Sequence record: SRR2962707_1170
Strand: one strand, 5' to 3'
Length of the DNA: 56,773 nucleotides
In this document: in pieces, positions 48,001-56,773 of the stretch
Layout: the number at the start of each line of letters is the position of its first letter
Position numbering within the stretch: position 1 is the first letter of the stretch
Notes under the pieces: model-generated
The model's input: the letters and a program-made list of their open reading frames with translations, nothing else
What the model was told of the DNA's origin: nothing
Database searches by the model: none
Program-made: the position numbers and the translations under genes

Positions 48001-51000
48001 ACCAAAGACGTCGACACCGCGGAAGTCCCAGGTTGTTGCCGTAGATCCGCTAACCAACAAAGTATCAATGTCGCTGCCGTCGGTGTCGCTGCCGCCGGAA
48101 TAGAATTCACCTGCTTCAACTGAGGCCGCAGAGTCCCCGACCTGAAGGACGTCATTGCCATCTCCACCTAATAGGAAATCGCGACCCAGGCCACCGATTA
48201 AAGTGTCATTGCCCATCATGCCCATAAGAATATTCTCTGAATCGTCGCCTGTAATGCGGTCCGCGTTTGTTGACCCAAAAACATGTTCAAAGTTAGAAAT
48301 TGTGTCACCCGCAGCGTCCCCGCCGGAGACCGCTCCAGTTTCCAGATCCACAGTCACACCTGCAACAGAGCCTTCGTAGCTTAGGACATCATCTGCGCTG
48401 TCCCCGCCGTCCAAGAAATCGCCGCCAGCGCCCCCTTCAATCGTGTCTTGATCGCCTCCACCGGACAAAGAGTCAGCACCAACCCCGCCGCGAATGAAGT
48501 CGCTGCCTGAGTGGCCGGTGATTGTATCGTTCCCACCAAGACCATTGATTTCGACAACCTCGACATCCGTCAATTCGATCTGGAACAAGCCACGGTTTGT
48601 CCGCTGTAGTTCTATTCCGGACGTTTCGTCGAATGAAATCACATCGGCATTTCTAGAGTCCAGATTGACACGCTGGATATCGAAGTCAGCGCCACCATCA
48701 AAGCTCTCGCTGGCATCGCCTTGGTTCCAGATCGCCAGGTCAAAGCCCGCACCACCAACAAGTGAATCCGTTCCTTTTCCGCCGATCAGCGTATCATCGC
48801 CGCTTCCACCTAAGAGCGTATCTCTGCCACTATTTCCTGAAATTGAGTCATCGCTCATTGAGCCAGTGATCATTTCGTGGTCGGCGTCTCCCAGAATATT
48901 GAATCGGTCGTCCGAGTTTGTGACAGCGAAACCTGATACGTCCAAGCTGCTTAGGTCCGCCGTCGTGGCGGTATCCATGTGCAATTCCACAACGGATGCG
49001 ATCAGAGGGTTAGAGCTGCTTGTAACCGTTTGGAACCCTGCGCTGACAAATTGGTCTATATTGAATTGCGCAACGTTCTCGCCAGGTCCACCCGGGCTGC
49101 TAGATTGGGAAAAGTGCAGTTCTTCCAGACTGATAAGTGTTGTCAAACGGAAATCTTTTGTGACGGAAGAGAAGGCATTGACATGGAATTCATCGGTATC
49201 TGCCCCCCCGTCGTAAATTTCGCCAGCCTCAGCCGTCGACGCGTAGTTTCCTGACCGTAGCGTGTCGTTTCCAGAACCACCAAAAAGGGAATCCATCCCA
49301 TTGTCGCCGACGAGACTGTCACCGCCCCCATTGCCGTTAATCTCGTTCGCGGCTGAGCCGCCGAAAACGGAATCTCTATGAATGGAGCCTTCAAAATACT
49401 CAAAGCCGGTGAACACGTCACCCGCAGCATATCCAAGTGCGGCGCCATTCCCCAAGTTCACAGTAAGGCCAGACGTTGCATTCGCATAACTAAGGACGTC
49501 GGCCAGTCCGTCACCGCCATCCATTGAATCGTTACCATCGCCGCCTTCGATAGTATCATCGCCACCCAGTCCCAAAAGGGTATCGGCGCCACCACTCCCC
49601 AGCAGCAAATCATCTTGGACAGAGCCTGTTACGCGCTCCGATGAGCCATCGCCACGGACAACAATATGGTCGCCATCGCCGCCCCACTCTTGGAAGGTCC
49701 AGCCTGATAGATTCAATAAGACAGTATTTTGCAACGTGATATCAAGGATATCTCTCGTTCCAGCAGCGTTACCATCTATCAGGGCGGTAAACGAAACTTC
49801 GCCGGTCGTATCCAATTCCTGAGCGTTCAGCATCAGCGTTCGGTCCCCCGACACCGCATTGGAATAGAACTCGATCTCTTCGATCGAAGACAGCTGCACG
49901 CGCGTCGAGCTCATGTCAGTATCGCCTCGGACCTCAATCTTGTCAGATCCGGTGCCGCCGATCAAAGTATCTTCGTCTGAACCACTACCGTTTACAATAA
50001 ACGTATCTGTGCCGTCGCCGCTAACAATACTGTCCTGAATTTCGGAGCCCGTGAACACTTCACTCGACCCATCACCGACGATGTGAATGTAGTCACCCGA
50101 TGTGGACGTTCCAAATCCAGTAACGGTTACTCCACTAAGATCGACCGTGGTTCTCACCCCCATGTCCAGACGTAAGACAAAATCAAGGAATGAGTGCGCG
50201 CTACCCTCAATTCGATTAAAACCGGCCCCTTCGAACTGAGCCACTGTCATGGTCGCGACTAGGTCACCGCTAAAACTGGATGAATTGTCTTCAAATCGAA
50301 GAGTCTCCAAACTGGTCAATGTCGTGTTTTCGAACTGTTTCGTTAAGGCGGAAAAGCCGTTTACAATCAGTGTATCGGTGTCGGCACCGCCATCATATAC
50401 TTCACCAGCTTGGACATATGTGGCAAGGTTGCCTGCGAGCAAAGTATCATTTCCGCTGCCGCCAAGCAGGGTGTCCTGACCGCCATTGCCTGTCAGTTCG
50501 TCTGCACCATCCCCCCCTTCCAGCCTGTTGGCGACACTGGACCCATAGACGGTGTCACCTGAATTTGACCCAATGAAGTATTCGAAGAAATTTACTGTGT
50601 CGCCTTGGGCATCACCGCCGCTTGCGGCGCCGTTGCCAAGGTTTACAGTCACGCCTGACGAGGACGTGGCATAAGTCACGACATCGGCAGTGCCATTTCC
50701 CCCGTGCAATAAATCGGCGCCGGTCCCACCAGAAATCGTATCATTCCCATTGGAACCATAGATGGAGTCGTTGCCGCCATCGCCAGACAGATCATCGCCA
50801 ACACTGGAACCAGTGGTATTGGTGGCCGTGAAGGCAAAAATCCGATCGTTCCCTCCGCCACCAGAGATTGTGTCGGATCCATAGTTGCCTTCTAGTGAAT
50901 CATTTAAGCTGCTGCCGGTAATTCTTTCCGTTCCGCCAGTACCGTAGACACGAAAGCCATCGGCCGCGTTCATATTAAAATGGGTCACACCTGATAAATC

Positions 51001-53325
51001 CAGTGTGCCGCCATAACTCATGTGGATCGCAATACTATAAACACCGGTATGCGCACCACTCGCCTGGATACGGTTGATCGACCATTGCGACTGGTTGAAA
51101 ATCGCCATGACATGTGAGGTTGAACTAAACTGTGAATTAAACTCTAAATTCTCGATGCTCGTAACTGTAGATGTTCTAAAGTCAAAAGTACTGCTGACTG
51201 TTGGAAATAGCTGAATCCAGTCGCTGCCGCTCCCGCCATTGTAGATTTCACCGGCACTCAAATGACCGGTGTTTATCTGTAGGAAATCGGTTTCAGTTCC
51301 GCCGCGCACAGTATCACGCCCAGTTCCGCCTATAATGATATCGCTATCCGCGCCACCGTCCAATTCATCGTTTCCACTGCCACCAATTAGGGTGTCGTCG
51401 CCACCACTTCCGAACAGAATGTCGCCGCCACCGTTGCCAGACATATAGTTGGCCCCAGCGTTGCCGATGAGGATATCGCCAAGATTGCCGCCAGTTGCGT
51501 TCTCGATCAGGGTACTTAGACCGCCTGTGGCATAGTCGTTGTTAGCAATATAATATCCGCCGCGGTCGGCCGCACCGCTGTTGTCAAACACCCGGCTTCC
51601 AAATCCGCCGGCGAAGTAGTCGTTATTTAGCAACTCATTACGTAATTCGCCTGCAGTTGAAGACGGCAGTAAAGATGCAAACAATGCCGAACTGTTTAGC
51701 AGATTGATGATCGCCTGAATATCCGCTGGTGTTGTATCTTGGTCCAACGTCGCGTTGTTCAGGTTGATGACAGCGTGCTTTGTACCAGAGTATTGGATCC
51801 GGTCTGTACCGGCAGTATCCCAGATCCCATAAAAGGCACGGCCAATGGAAACTGATCCGTCGTTGCCGTTCAAATCCAAGGCAACCGTCGCTGGATCCGT
51901 CAGATTATAAACTGTCGCACCGGTATGGTTCGTTGAAGACCCGTACATGTGATGAAGGATCGCAATGTCGATGACCATCGGCGTGGCCGAATACCCAAAG
52001 GTGCCGGTTTGAAAGTTTACATCCAACCCACCACGTTCATAGGACATGATCGTGTAACGATCATTGTCCAACACGTTGTCTGTGCTTGTAATTGCGCTAT
52101 TGGTCCAGCCGTTATGTGGATGCAAGACACCCAAAGTGTGCATGGTTTCGTGAATCGCAACATGAAGGCGGTTTGTAGCAGCACCTAACTCTGGGTTCGT
52201 CGTCATAGAAGGCGAGCTGGGGCTCACATCATAGAGCATGTAGCCTTCGTATTGGATGGGGGGGCCTGCGATCGCGACGTCTGTCGTTGGAAATGTTCCT
52301 CGACCGTTCAAAAGGCCGTCGGAAGTGCGCAGGTCGTCGAAGGCCAAAATTTTCATATCTCGAGCGGTGTTTTGGAAAGAACCATCGGAATGCGTAAACG
52401 ACATTAACCCAACGCGCTCTAACGTATCGAACGCTGTCTCAATGTCGGCCTTTAGCAACTCCGCGTTTTGTTCCGCCGCCGTACCGCCGACGACATCAAA
52501 ACGCACGAAAGGGCCACTGTTCGCGATAACACCGTTACTGAAAATCGTATCCGCATTGGCAATGGCGTAGGTCAGGTCTGCCGTTTGGTCGGCATAATCA
52601 TAGTCGATTGCAATGCGACCTTGCGCATTCAACGTTGTCCATTTTGACCAGGTTTGACCATCAATGAACACATTGCCCGAGGACGCAATGGTTCGTGTAG
52701 CGGCGTCGCCGCCATGGGAATGCCCTTCTTCTTCGTGTTCAACTTCGTATTCGTACTCAAAACCTTCGACCGGGTCTCCGAAGGAGTGAATTTCTCTTGG
52801 ATGCTCGGCCTCAGAATGAGCCTCGCCAGATTCTTCGTGTTCTTCAGAATGTTCGTTTGACGACCCTTGCACGGGAGCAGCATTTTCTTCGTTTGTAGAA
52901 GCGGTTTGAAATGGTTCGCCCGAGGCGTTTTGCGTTTCCGTCGTGGTATTCCCCGCGGTTACGCGACTGTGATCTTCGGCGTCATCCTCTGAACGGCCGA
53001 ATTCTTTGCTGCCGCGACCAGTGGGGCCATCTTCCGACCTGTAACTGCGATGTGGCGCGTTAGATTCTATTCGCTGGCTGTCATCGCCACGTGTTGCGTT
53101 GGGACCCCGAAAATCGTCGCGTTGGCGGTCGATGTCTCCACGCTCTGAGCCCCGGATCGCGACAGCGTCATCCTGAGTGACTTCAGGTAAGGGAATCGAT
53201 GCGTTATCAGCTGCTTGGCTGTCAGTCGACGTTTGAGGAGGGATGCCTCTGAACTCTGTTCTCTCGTCGCGAACAGGAATGGCAGCTGAGAGAAATTGCT
53301 TACGCGACGGGGTATCATTCGGCAT
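45088..53325 (-). CDS. Giant RTX protein with serralysin-like M10 zinc metalloprotease domain and duplicated lectin-like modules (2745 aa)
   Basis: HETMHTLGVLHPH (HExxHxxGxxH), Met-turn YTIMSY, IWDTAGTD, LIENATGG, many GGxGxDxL nonapeptides, and T1SS-type C-terminus DVLTNVEILRFTDG. Confidence 0.88.
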   Translation of the reverse strand: MPNDTPSRKQFLSAAIPVRDERTEFRGIPPQTSTDSQAADNASIPLPEVTQDDAVAIRGSERGDIDRQRDDFRGPNATRGDDSQRIESNAPHRSYRSEDGPTGRGSKEFGRSEDDAEDHSRVTAGNTTTETQNASGEPFQTASTNEENAAPVQGSSNEHSEEHEESGEAHSEAEHPREIHSFGDPVEGFEYEYEVEHEEEGHSHGGDAATRTIASSGNVFIDGQTWSKWTTLNAQGRIAIDYDYADQTADLTYAIANADTIFSNGVIANSGPFVRFDVVGGTAAEQNAELLKADIETAFDTLERVGLMSFTHSDGSFQNTARDMKILAFDDLRTSDGLLNGRGTFPTTDVAIAGPPIQYEGYMLYDVSPSSPSMTTNPELGAATNRLHVAIHETMHTLGVLHPHNGWTNSAITSTDNVLDNDRYTIMSYERGGLDVNFQTGTFGYSATPMVIDIAILHHMYGSSTNHTGATVYNLTDPATVALDLNGNDGSVSIGRAFYGIWDTAGTDRIQYSGTKHAVINLNNATLDQDTTPADIQAIINLLNSSALFASLLPSSTAGELRNELLNNDYFAGGFGSRVFDNSGAADRGGYYIANNDYATGGLSTLIENATGGNLGDILIGNAGANYMSGNGGGDILFGSGGDDTLIGGSGNDELDGGADSDIIIGGTGRDTVRGGTETDFLQINTGHLSAGEIYNGGSGSDWIQLFPTVSSTFDFRTSTVTSIENLEFNSQFSSTSHVMAIFNQSQWSINRIQASGAHTGVYSIAIHMSYGGTLDLSGVTHFNMNAADGFRVYGTGGTERITGSSLNDSLEGNYGSDTISGGGGNDRIFAFTATNTTGSSVGDDLSGDGGNDSIYGSNGNDTISGGTGADLLHGGNGTADVVTYATSSSGVTVNLGNGAASGGDAQGDTVNFFEYFIGSNSGDTVYGSSVANRLEGGDGADELTGNGGQDTLLGGSGNDTLLAGNLATYVQAGEVYDGGADTDTLIVNGFSALTKQFENTTLTSLETLRFEDNSSSFSGDLVATMTVAQFEGAGFNRIEGSAHSFLDFVLRLDMGVRTTVDLSGVTVTGFGTSTSGDYIHIVGDGSSEVFTGSEIQDSIVSGDGTDTFIVNGSGSDEDTLIGGTGSDKIEVRGDTDMSSTRVQLSSIEEIEFYSNAVSGDRTLMLNAQELDTTGEVSFTALIDGNAAGTRDILDITLQNTVLLNLSGWTFQEWGGDGDHIVVRGDGSSERVTGSVQDDLLLGSGGADTLLGLGGDDTIEGGDGNDSMDGGDGLADVLSYANATSGLTVNLGNGAALGYAAGDVFTGFEYFEGSIHRDSVFGGSAANEINGNGGGDSLVGDNGMDSLFGGSGNDTLRSGNYASTAEAGEIYDGGADTDEFHVNAFSSVTKDFRLTTLISLEELHFSQSSSPGGPGENVAQFNIDQFVSAGFQTVTSSSNPLIASVVELHMDTATTADLSSLDVSGFAVTNSDDRFNILGDADHEMITGSMSDDSISGNSGRDTLLGGSGDDTLIGGKGTDSLVGGAGFDLAIWNQGDASESFDGGADFDIQRVNLDSRNADVISFDETSGIELQRTNRGLFQIELTDVEVVEINGLGGNDTITGHSGSDFIRGGVGADSLSGGGDQDTIEGGAGGDFLDGGDSADDVLSYEGSVAGVTVDLETGAVSGGDAAGDTISNFEHVFGSTNADRITGDDSENILMGMMGNDTLIGGLGRDFLLGGDGNDVLQVGDSAASVEAGEFYSGGSDTDGSDIDTLLVSGSTATTWDFRGVDVFGVEDLAFEETGSPSAPGDLTAQFDANAFVTNGFESVSGASHSVLNYVLELHMGASTNFDLSPISTSAFVSSDPGANVHVIGDSDAETIGGTDSNDSISGNGGADSLVGGAGDDTLTGGKGVDTVEGGMGDDLAIWNHGDGGESFDGGGDTDTMRVNLDNRNADVISYDESGGLTLQRTNRGTFDLELIDVEAVELNGMGGDDTLGTHTGIDIIDGGADTDLVSYRDAGAGVVVEGTAIGESGSATVTQAGYRQWHSVSFGETITDAVVVLGPISYNGTDPMVTRVRNVTDTGFEFQMDEWNYLNGAHIEETVSWMAISAGTHELADGRQVVAGLGSANQDFSTQSFASDFANAPVVLAQVSSANGGAAVTTRLQNVTTGGFDALVQEEEAADGIHNYEQISYIAIDAGGNADNGMIAGVTALTGGNNVVTDIAFGDDLEGTPAFLATMQSFVGADPVALRLTDVDGDNALVKMEEEKSANAEVSHTSEQVGYLATDMGQLYGRTVENGAVAAGNAMGDSYRDVEAIEGSAFADKLSGFGNIETLSGLGGDDTLAGARHAELLDGGADNDLVSYRDATAGVVVQGAAIGEVGSSTVAQSGSAQWHSVSFSDAISNAVVVMGPVSFNGSDPMVTRVRNVTDTGFEFQLDEWNYLNGVHAAETVSWMAISAGTHELADGRQVVAGVGSSNHNFSTQSFADAFDTAPVVLAQVSSVNGGAAVTARLSNINTAGFDALVAEEEAADGVHNNEQISYIAIEAGGDAANGLISGTADMMAGNNAVTDVIYGDDLGATPAFLASIQSYNDADTVALRTTLVDGDNALVMMEEERSNDAEVAHGLEQVGFLAADFGQFYARTVSNSATGAASGDARGDSYRDVERLEGSDFGDSLHAFGAITSIDALEGDDFIYSSDKADTIDGGDDRDVVIYDGTQAEFTNINNPLDSLQTLVTNINTSVTDVLTNVEILRFTDGDVIL

Positions 53326-53897
53326 CCGAAAAGTCCTTAAATCTACAAAATTCTAAAAATTGATCTGGTGAGACCCTAAGGCCCATGAATTTATCAACCA
53401 AATAGTTTTTACGAATTATTGACCTTTTGAGAAAATAATTGATTTGACCTGCCAGGATTTGTATGGATCTAAAACTCTTATGCGACGGAAGCTATCGTTT
53501 CCAATGGAGTATTTTGTTTTCTGCCTCATTTTGGAGCGGTTCGCAGTGGGCGCTGAAATGAGTGTTCAAACCGAGACAGAGAAACAGACTTTATTCCTTG
53601 GATAACCTTGCCATTTTCTGCAATTTTATCATGGGATCTGCAGCTCCTTGCTTTTGCGTGCCATCGCTGAAGTCATCGAAACCTAGCCCAAAGGGTCGCC
53701 TTCAAAGGCGGCCGGTTGCTGCCGTTCGCCAATTGGTCAAGATGCCTCGGTGCAGCCCGCATTGCCATCATTCGCCGCATGAGCAAAGTCCAGCAATACT
53801 AAAACTCGCAACCAATGAACTAGAGCCGTCGCCGTTCGATTTTCTTTCTGAGGTAACGCGTTGTTCAATTTGGCAACGTCGATCAGGCTGGTACTTC

Positions 53898-54551
53898 CTA
53901 TGATTGCAGCAAGGACCAACCATAAAACAGGGTCGCCAAGAGCGTGTACAGCGCCAGAATGGCAACATTGACTGGGTTTCCGGACAGTTTGGGCGTCTTG
54001 ATCTGTGAGACATTCAACCCCGCAAGGCACAGGGCGCTGATTGCGAGAATAATCGCAAATATCGGACGTTCAAAAAAACCTGCAAACATAACAATAAAGA
54101 CAAGACTAATGCTGTTGTTATCAATCGCAAGCCCCGTGTATTTCGCATCACCCGACAGCCCGAATGTGCTGAAATAACTCAAGCGGATCACGCCAAAGAC
54201 CAAGGTGACGAACACGACGGGCAGGAACCAAGGGCTAAAATCAGCATAGCTCAGGATGAGAACGGCGGGCGTTACGCCGTAGCTGACAATGTCAATCAAC
54301 AGATCTAGCGTGCCACCAAAAGCGCGATCATCGCCTGTGCGCCCCTTCATCTTTCGGGCAATCAACCCATCCGCCCAGTCAAACCCGACCGCCCAAATCA
54401 TGCCGATCATCGCCGCAGGATAAAGCTCGATGATCGCAAAATAAATCGCCAGCAAAGAACACCCCAACCCCGCGAGCGAGCAGATGTTTGGCAGATCTTT
54501 GATGTATGACAAGATCGGTGGCTTGGGCGTGGCAGCGTTTTCGATTGTCAT
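53898..54551 (-). CDS. CDP-alcohol phosphatidyltransferase (PssA-like)
   Basis: LPNICSL and DWADGLIARKMKGRTGDDRAFGGTLDLLIDIVSYGVTPA. Confidence 0.85.
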   Translation of the reverse strand: MTIENAATPKPPILSYIKDLPNICSLAGLGCSLLAIYFAIIELYPAAMIGMIWAVGFDWADGLIARKMKGRTGDDRAFGGTLDLLIDIVSYGVTPAVLILSYADFSPWFLPVVFVTLVFGVIRLSYFSTFGLSGDAKYTGLAIDNNSISLVFIVMFAGFFERPIFAIILAISALCLAGLNVSQIKTPKLSGNPVNVAILALYTLLATLFYGWSLLQS

Positions 54552-54788
54552 GAGACATCCTTTGAGTTATTTGGAGCGACCCCTCGTCAACATTTGACAG
54601 GCAATCTCTGCTTTCCATTCTGAGTGCATTTGAAACGCGCGGTTTCAAAACGTAAGTTGACTCCGGACGTCTGAACGCCTGGAGATATCCCAGCTTAATT
54701 ATTTGAAAAAACTGAACAAATACGCACACGCGCATTCAGATGCCTCGTGCTACCACCGATGACTGGTGGGCAAAAGGATAAAGCGAAA

Positions 54789-55217
54789 ATGATCGTCTAT
54801 ACCGTTGGCACCTTCGACCTGCTTCATGTTGGCCATCTGGCCCTGTTAAATCACTGCAAATCCTTGGGTGACACTTTGGCTGTTGGCGTCGCCTCTGATG
54901 AGGTCGTGCACCTGTACAAGCCGAACGTACCGGTTATCCCATTGGAACAACGGGTTGAGATGCTTGAGGCGCTCAGTTGCGTGGACATCGTGCGCCCTTA
55001 TCATGAACTGGAATACGTTTCAGGCTGCAAAGCGGTGGGTGCCGATATCTTTGTGATCGGCGAAGATTGGGGTAGCAAACCCCACAACCTAGATGTTGAT
55101 GCCTACCTGAAAGACACCGGCAAAAGGATCGCGCAGGTGCGCTACAACCCGCGTACATCCTCAACCAGGATCAAACAGATGGTCATGGCGCAAACTCATG
55201 CGAGGGCGGCCGAATGA
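54789..55217 (+). CDS. Cytidylyltransferase (TagD/RfaE-II-like)
   Basis: YTVGTFDLLHVGHL (HxGH), VGVASD, IGEDW and RTSSTRIK. Confidence 0.85.
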   Translation: MIVYTVGTFDLLHVGHLALLNHCKSLGDTLAVGVASDEVVHLYKPNVPVIPLEQRVEMLEALSCVDIVRPYHELEYVSGCKAVGADIFVIGEDWGSKPHNLDVDAYLKDTGKRIAQVRYNPRTSSTRIKQMVMAQTHARAAE

Positions 55218-55248
55218 TAACCCGAATATTATGTAAAAGACGCCTGAG

Positions 55249-55800
55249 ATGACGGCGCTTTATTCTATCCCAGAGGCGTTTAGCGCAGGTGAGTGCGCAC
55301 GCATCATTGCGGCCATCACCGCAGCCCCGTCCAAAGATGCGCGTCTGGTCGGCCAAACGCGCAACCTTTCCCTTCGCACGGCACATCTGGTCTGGCTTGA
55401 TGATGTCAACGGGCTTGGTTGGGTCATGGACCGCCTGATCGAAATTGTCCGCAAATCCAATGTTGATCGATTTGGCTTTGACCTGCGCGAGTTTGCCGAA
55501 AGCCCGCAGGTCGCCAGTTATGACGCCTCTGTCAGCGGCCATTTCGCGTGGCACTCTGACATTGGCGAAGGCCCTTTTGCGCGCAAACGCAAGCTCACAC
55601 TCGTCCTCCAACTCAGCCTTCCAAATTCTTACGAAGGGGGCGAATTAGAGGTTATGCCAAGCGCCCAAATCCTGTCAGCCAATCGCTCCCAAGGCTGTGT
55701 CAGTATCTTCCCCAGCTATACCTTGCATCAAGTGGTTCCTGTGCAATCCGGCGTGCGCCATTCGCTCACAGTCTGGGCCCATGGGCCAGCGTTCAGATAA
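55249..55800 (+). CDS. 2OG-Fe(II) oxygenase (PKHD/prolyl-hydroxylase-like)
   Basis: HFAWHSD (HxD), RKLTLVLQLS...YEGGEL and FPSYTLHQVVPVQSGVRHSL. Confidence 0.88.
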   Translation: MTALYSIPEAFSAGECARIIAAITAAPSKDARLVGQTRNLSLRTAHLVWLDDVNGLGWVMDRLIEIVRKSNVDRFGFDLREFAESPQVASYDASVSGHFAWHSDIGEGPFARKRKLTLVLQLSLPNSYEGGELEVMPSAQILSANRSQGCVSIFPSYTLHQVVPVQSGVRHSLTVWAHGPAFR

Positions 55801-55822
55801 CCGATAAAAAATCATCGAACTC

Positions 55823-56298
55823 AGGCACAAGCCCGACCCAAGTGGAAAAGTCACGGCCACGGTTGAATGCTTCGCCTGTACCGATGGCAGCCACCATCGC
55901 GGTTGAGATCATCGGCCCGATGCAGGGATCGTCATGGCGTTGACGCAGGTCTCTTCGGTTCGACAGATCAACTCGATCTCATTGGAAACTGTATCGGTCC
56001 TGTCGTCCATCTACATCCAATCACCATAAAACCCGATCAGGATCGAACGTATACGAGGCGAAATCTCAACGTTGCTCTCCTAAAGAATAACCTCGAACGA
56101 GTTCTTTAAGGCCCGCAATCCTTTGCGAACTGTGATCCCATGTTCGATTAGAAAGCCACGTTGCGGAATGAGTTTTTACCGATGTCGATGCCGATCGCCA
56201 TCAGCTCATTAATCTTACTATTCGCTGTGCTACTTCTCCTAATTGCAGAAATAGGCCAAGCCTGACCTGCTGGGTAAAGCAGCTGGCACATTCCATTA
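55823..56298 (-). mobile_element. Degraded IS110-family (IS1111-like) element; transposase pseudogene
   Basis: The minus strand gives MAIGIDIGKNSF (56201), then after a deletion/frameshift RGFLIEHGITVRKGLRAL...(two in-frame TAG)...MTIP, then a frameshift to IGPMISTAMVAAIGTGEAFNRGRDFSTWVGLVP. TAATGG at 56298-56293 resembles an IS1111-type left end. Confidence 0.82.
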
Positions 56299-56695
56299 GC
56301 GGAAATTGACCGATCCTGACCATTCTAGGCTGTAATATGGTGGGGCCGATGGCTGCGATGCGGATAAAACGGAACTTGGATTTTTCACCTATGCTCGCGC
56401 AGCGTCCGCACAGCCGAGCTTGCGGGGTAGAATTTCAACATACAACATGAGTGCCCAGTCTGCGGCAGCGGCACCGCGGCGCCTTGCTGATCCACGAACG
56501 GCGGCGAAGGCCGCTTGCCAATGGCAACGGATGGTATGACAGGATAGGCGGCTGTGACTCCACTTGTTTGATAGTTTTGGCTTTTGCAAACAAATTGGAA
56601 ATATGGGTAGAATATGCTTTAAGTTCGCCAAGCAATAAAGGATCCATCACATCAATAAGCTTGCCCCCAAGACGCTCTCAATTGCTCATCAAGAC

Positions 56696-56773
56696 GTGGT
56701 GGAAAACACCCGTCAATGGCTTGAACAAATGGTCGTCGGCTTGAATCTATGTCCATTCGCCTCTAGTGTCATA
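56696..56773 (+). CDS. DUF1415-family protein, 5' fragment running off the window edge
   Basis: Frame reads VVENTRQWLEQMVVGLNLCPFASSVI; GLNLCPFA is the DUF1415 N-terminal motif. Start uncertain. Confidence 0.7.
   Translation, partial: MVENTRQWLEQMVVGLNLCPFASSVI

Noticed and set aside
48494-49216. 240-aa Ser/Pro-rich + strand ORF and similar ORFs within 45088-53325
   Set aside because: Antisense reading of the Gly/Asp RTX repeats.
56389-56744. Short ORFs 56389..56631, 56435..56650 and 56451..56744
   Set aside because: They have no motifs and span a repeat-containing intergenic region. The credible gene is the DUF1415 frame starting near 56696.

Overview
This is a 56.8-kb window from a marine alphaproteobacterium. 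Gene content (urt, soxEF, TRAP, DUF2934/DUF4864-type genes, RTX proteins) suggests Rhodobacteraceae/Roseobacter group. From left to right it holds: (1) the urea ABC transporter urtABC with tandem NtrC-like sites; (2) an unusual four-gene cluster at 4056-10562 made of a SARP/wHTH-TPR regulator, a PAP2/vanadium-haloperoxidase-fold enzyme with a (Gly-Val-Glu)12 N-terminal tail, a signal-less S8 subtilase, and a catalytically eroded vanadium-bromoperoxidase-like protein, with 11-bp-phased direct repeats in both divergent promoters; (3) a beta-helix protein, an orphan ParA and stress/redox genes, where a shared PhaR-like motif precedes both parA and a Lys/Ala/Pro-tailed DUF2934 gene; (4) a NodD-like LysR with a TRAP-cyclase-OsmC-FAH catabolic operon; (5) MarR, LuxR-hydrolase, soxEF and AraC-cupin-FMO-formamidase modules; (6) a 2745-aa RTX/M10 metalloprotease with two inserted triple-repeat lectin-like modules; (7) a CDP-alcohol transferase/cytidylyltransferase pair and a decayed IS110-family element. 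I saw no rRNA, tRNA or CRISPR array. All family calls come from motif recognition by eye; no database searches were run. The best candidate for an undescribed system is 4056-10562, and the second is the ParA/DUF2934/PhaR-box link.
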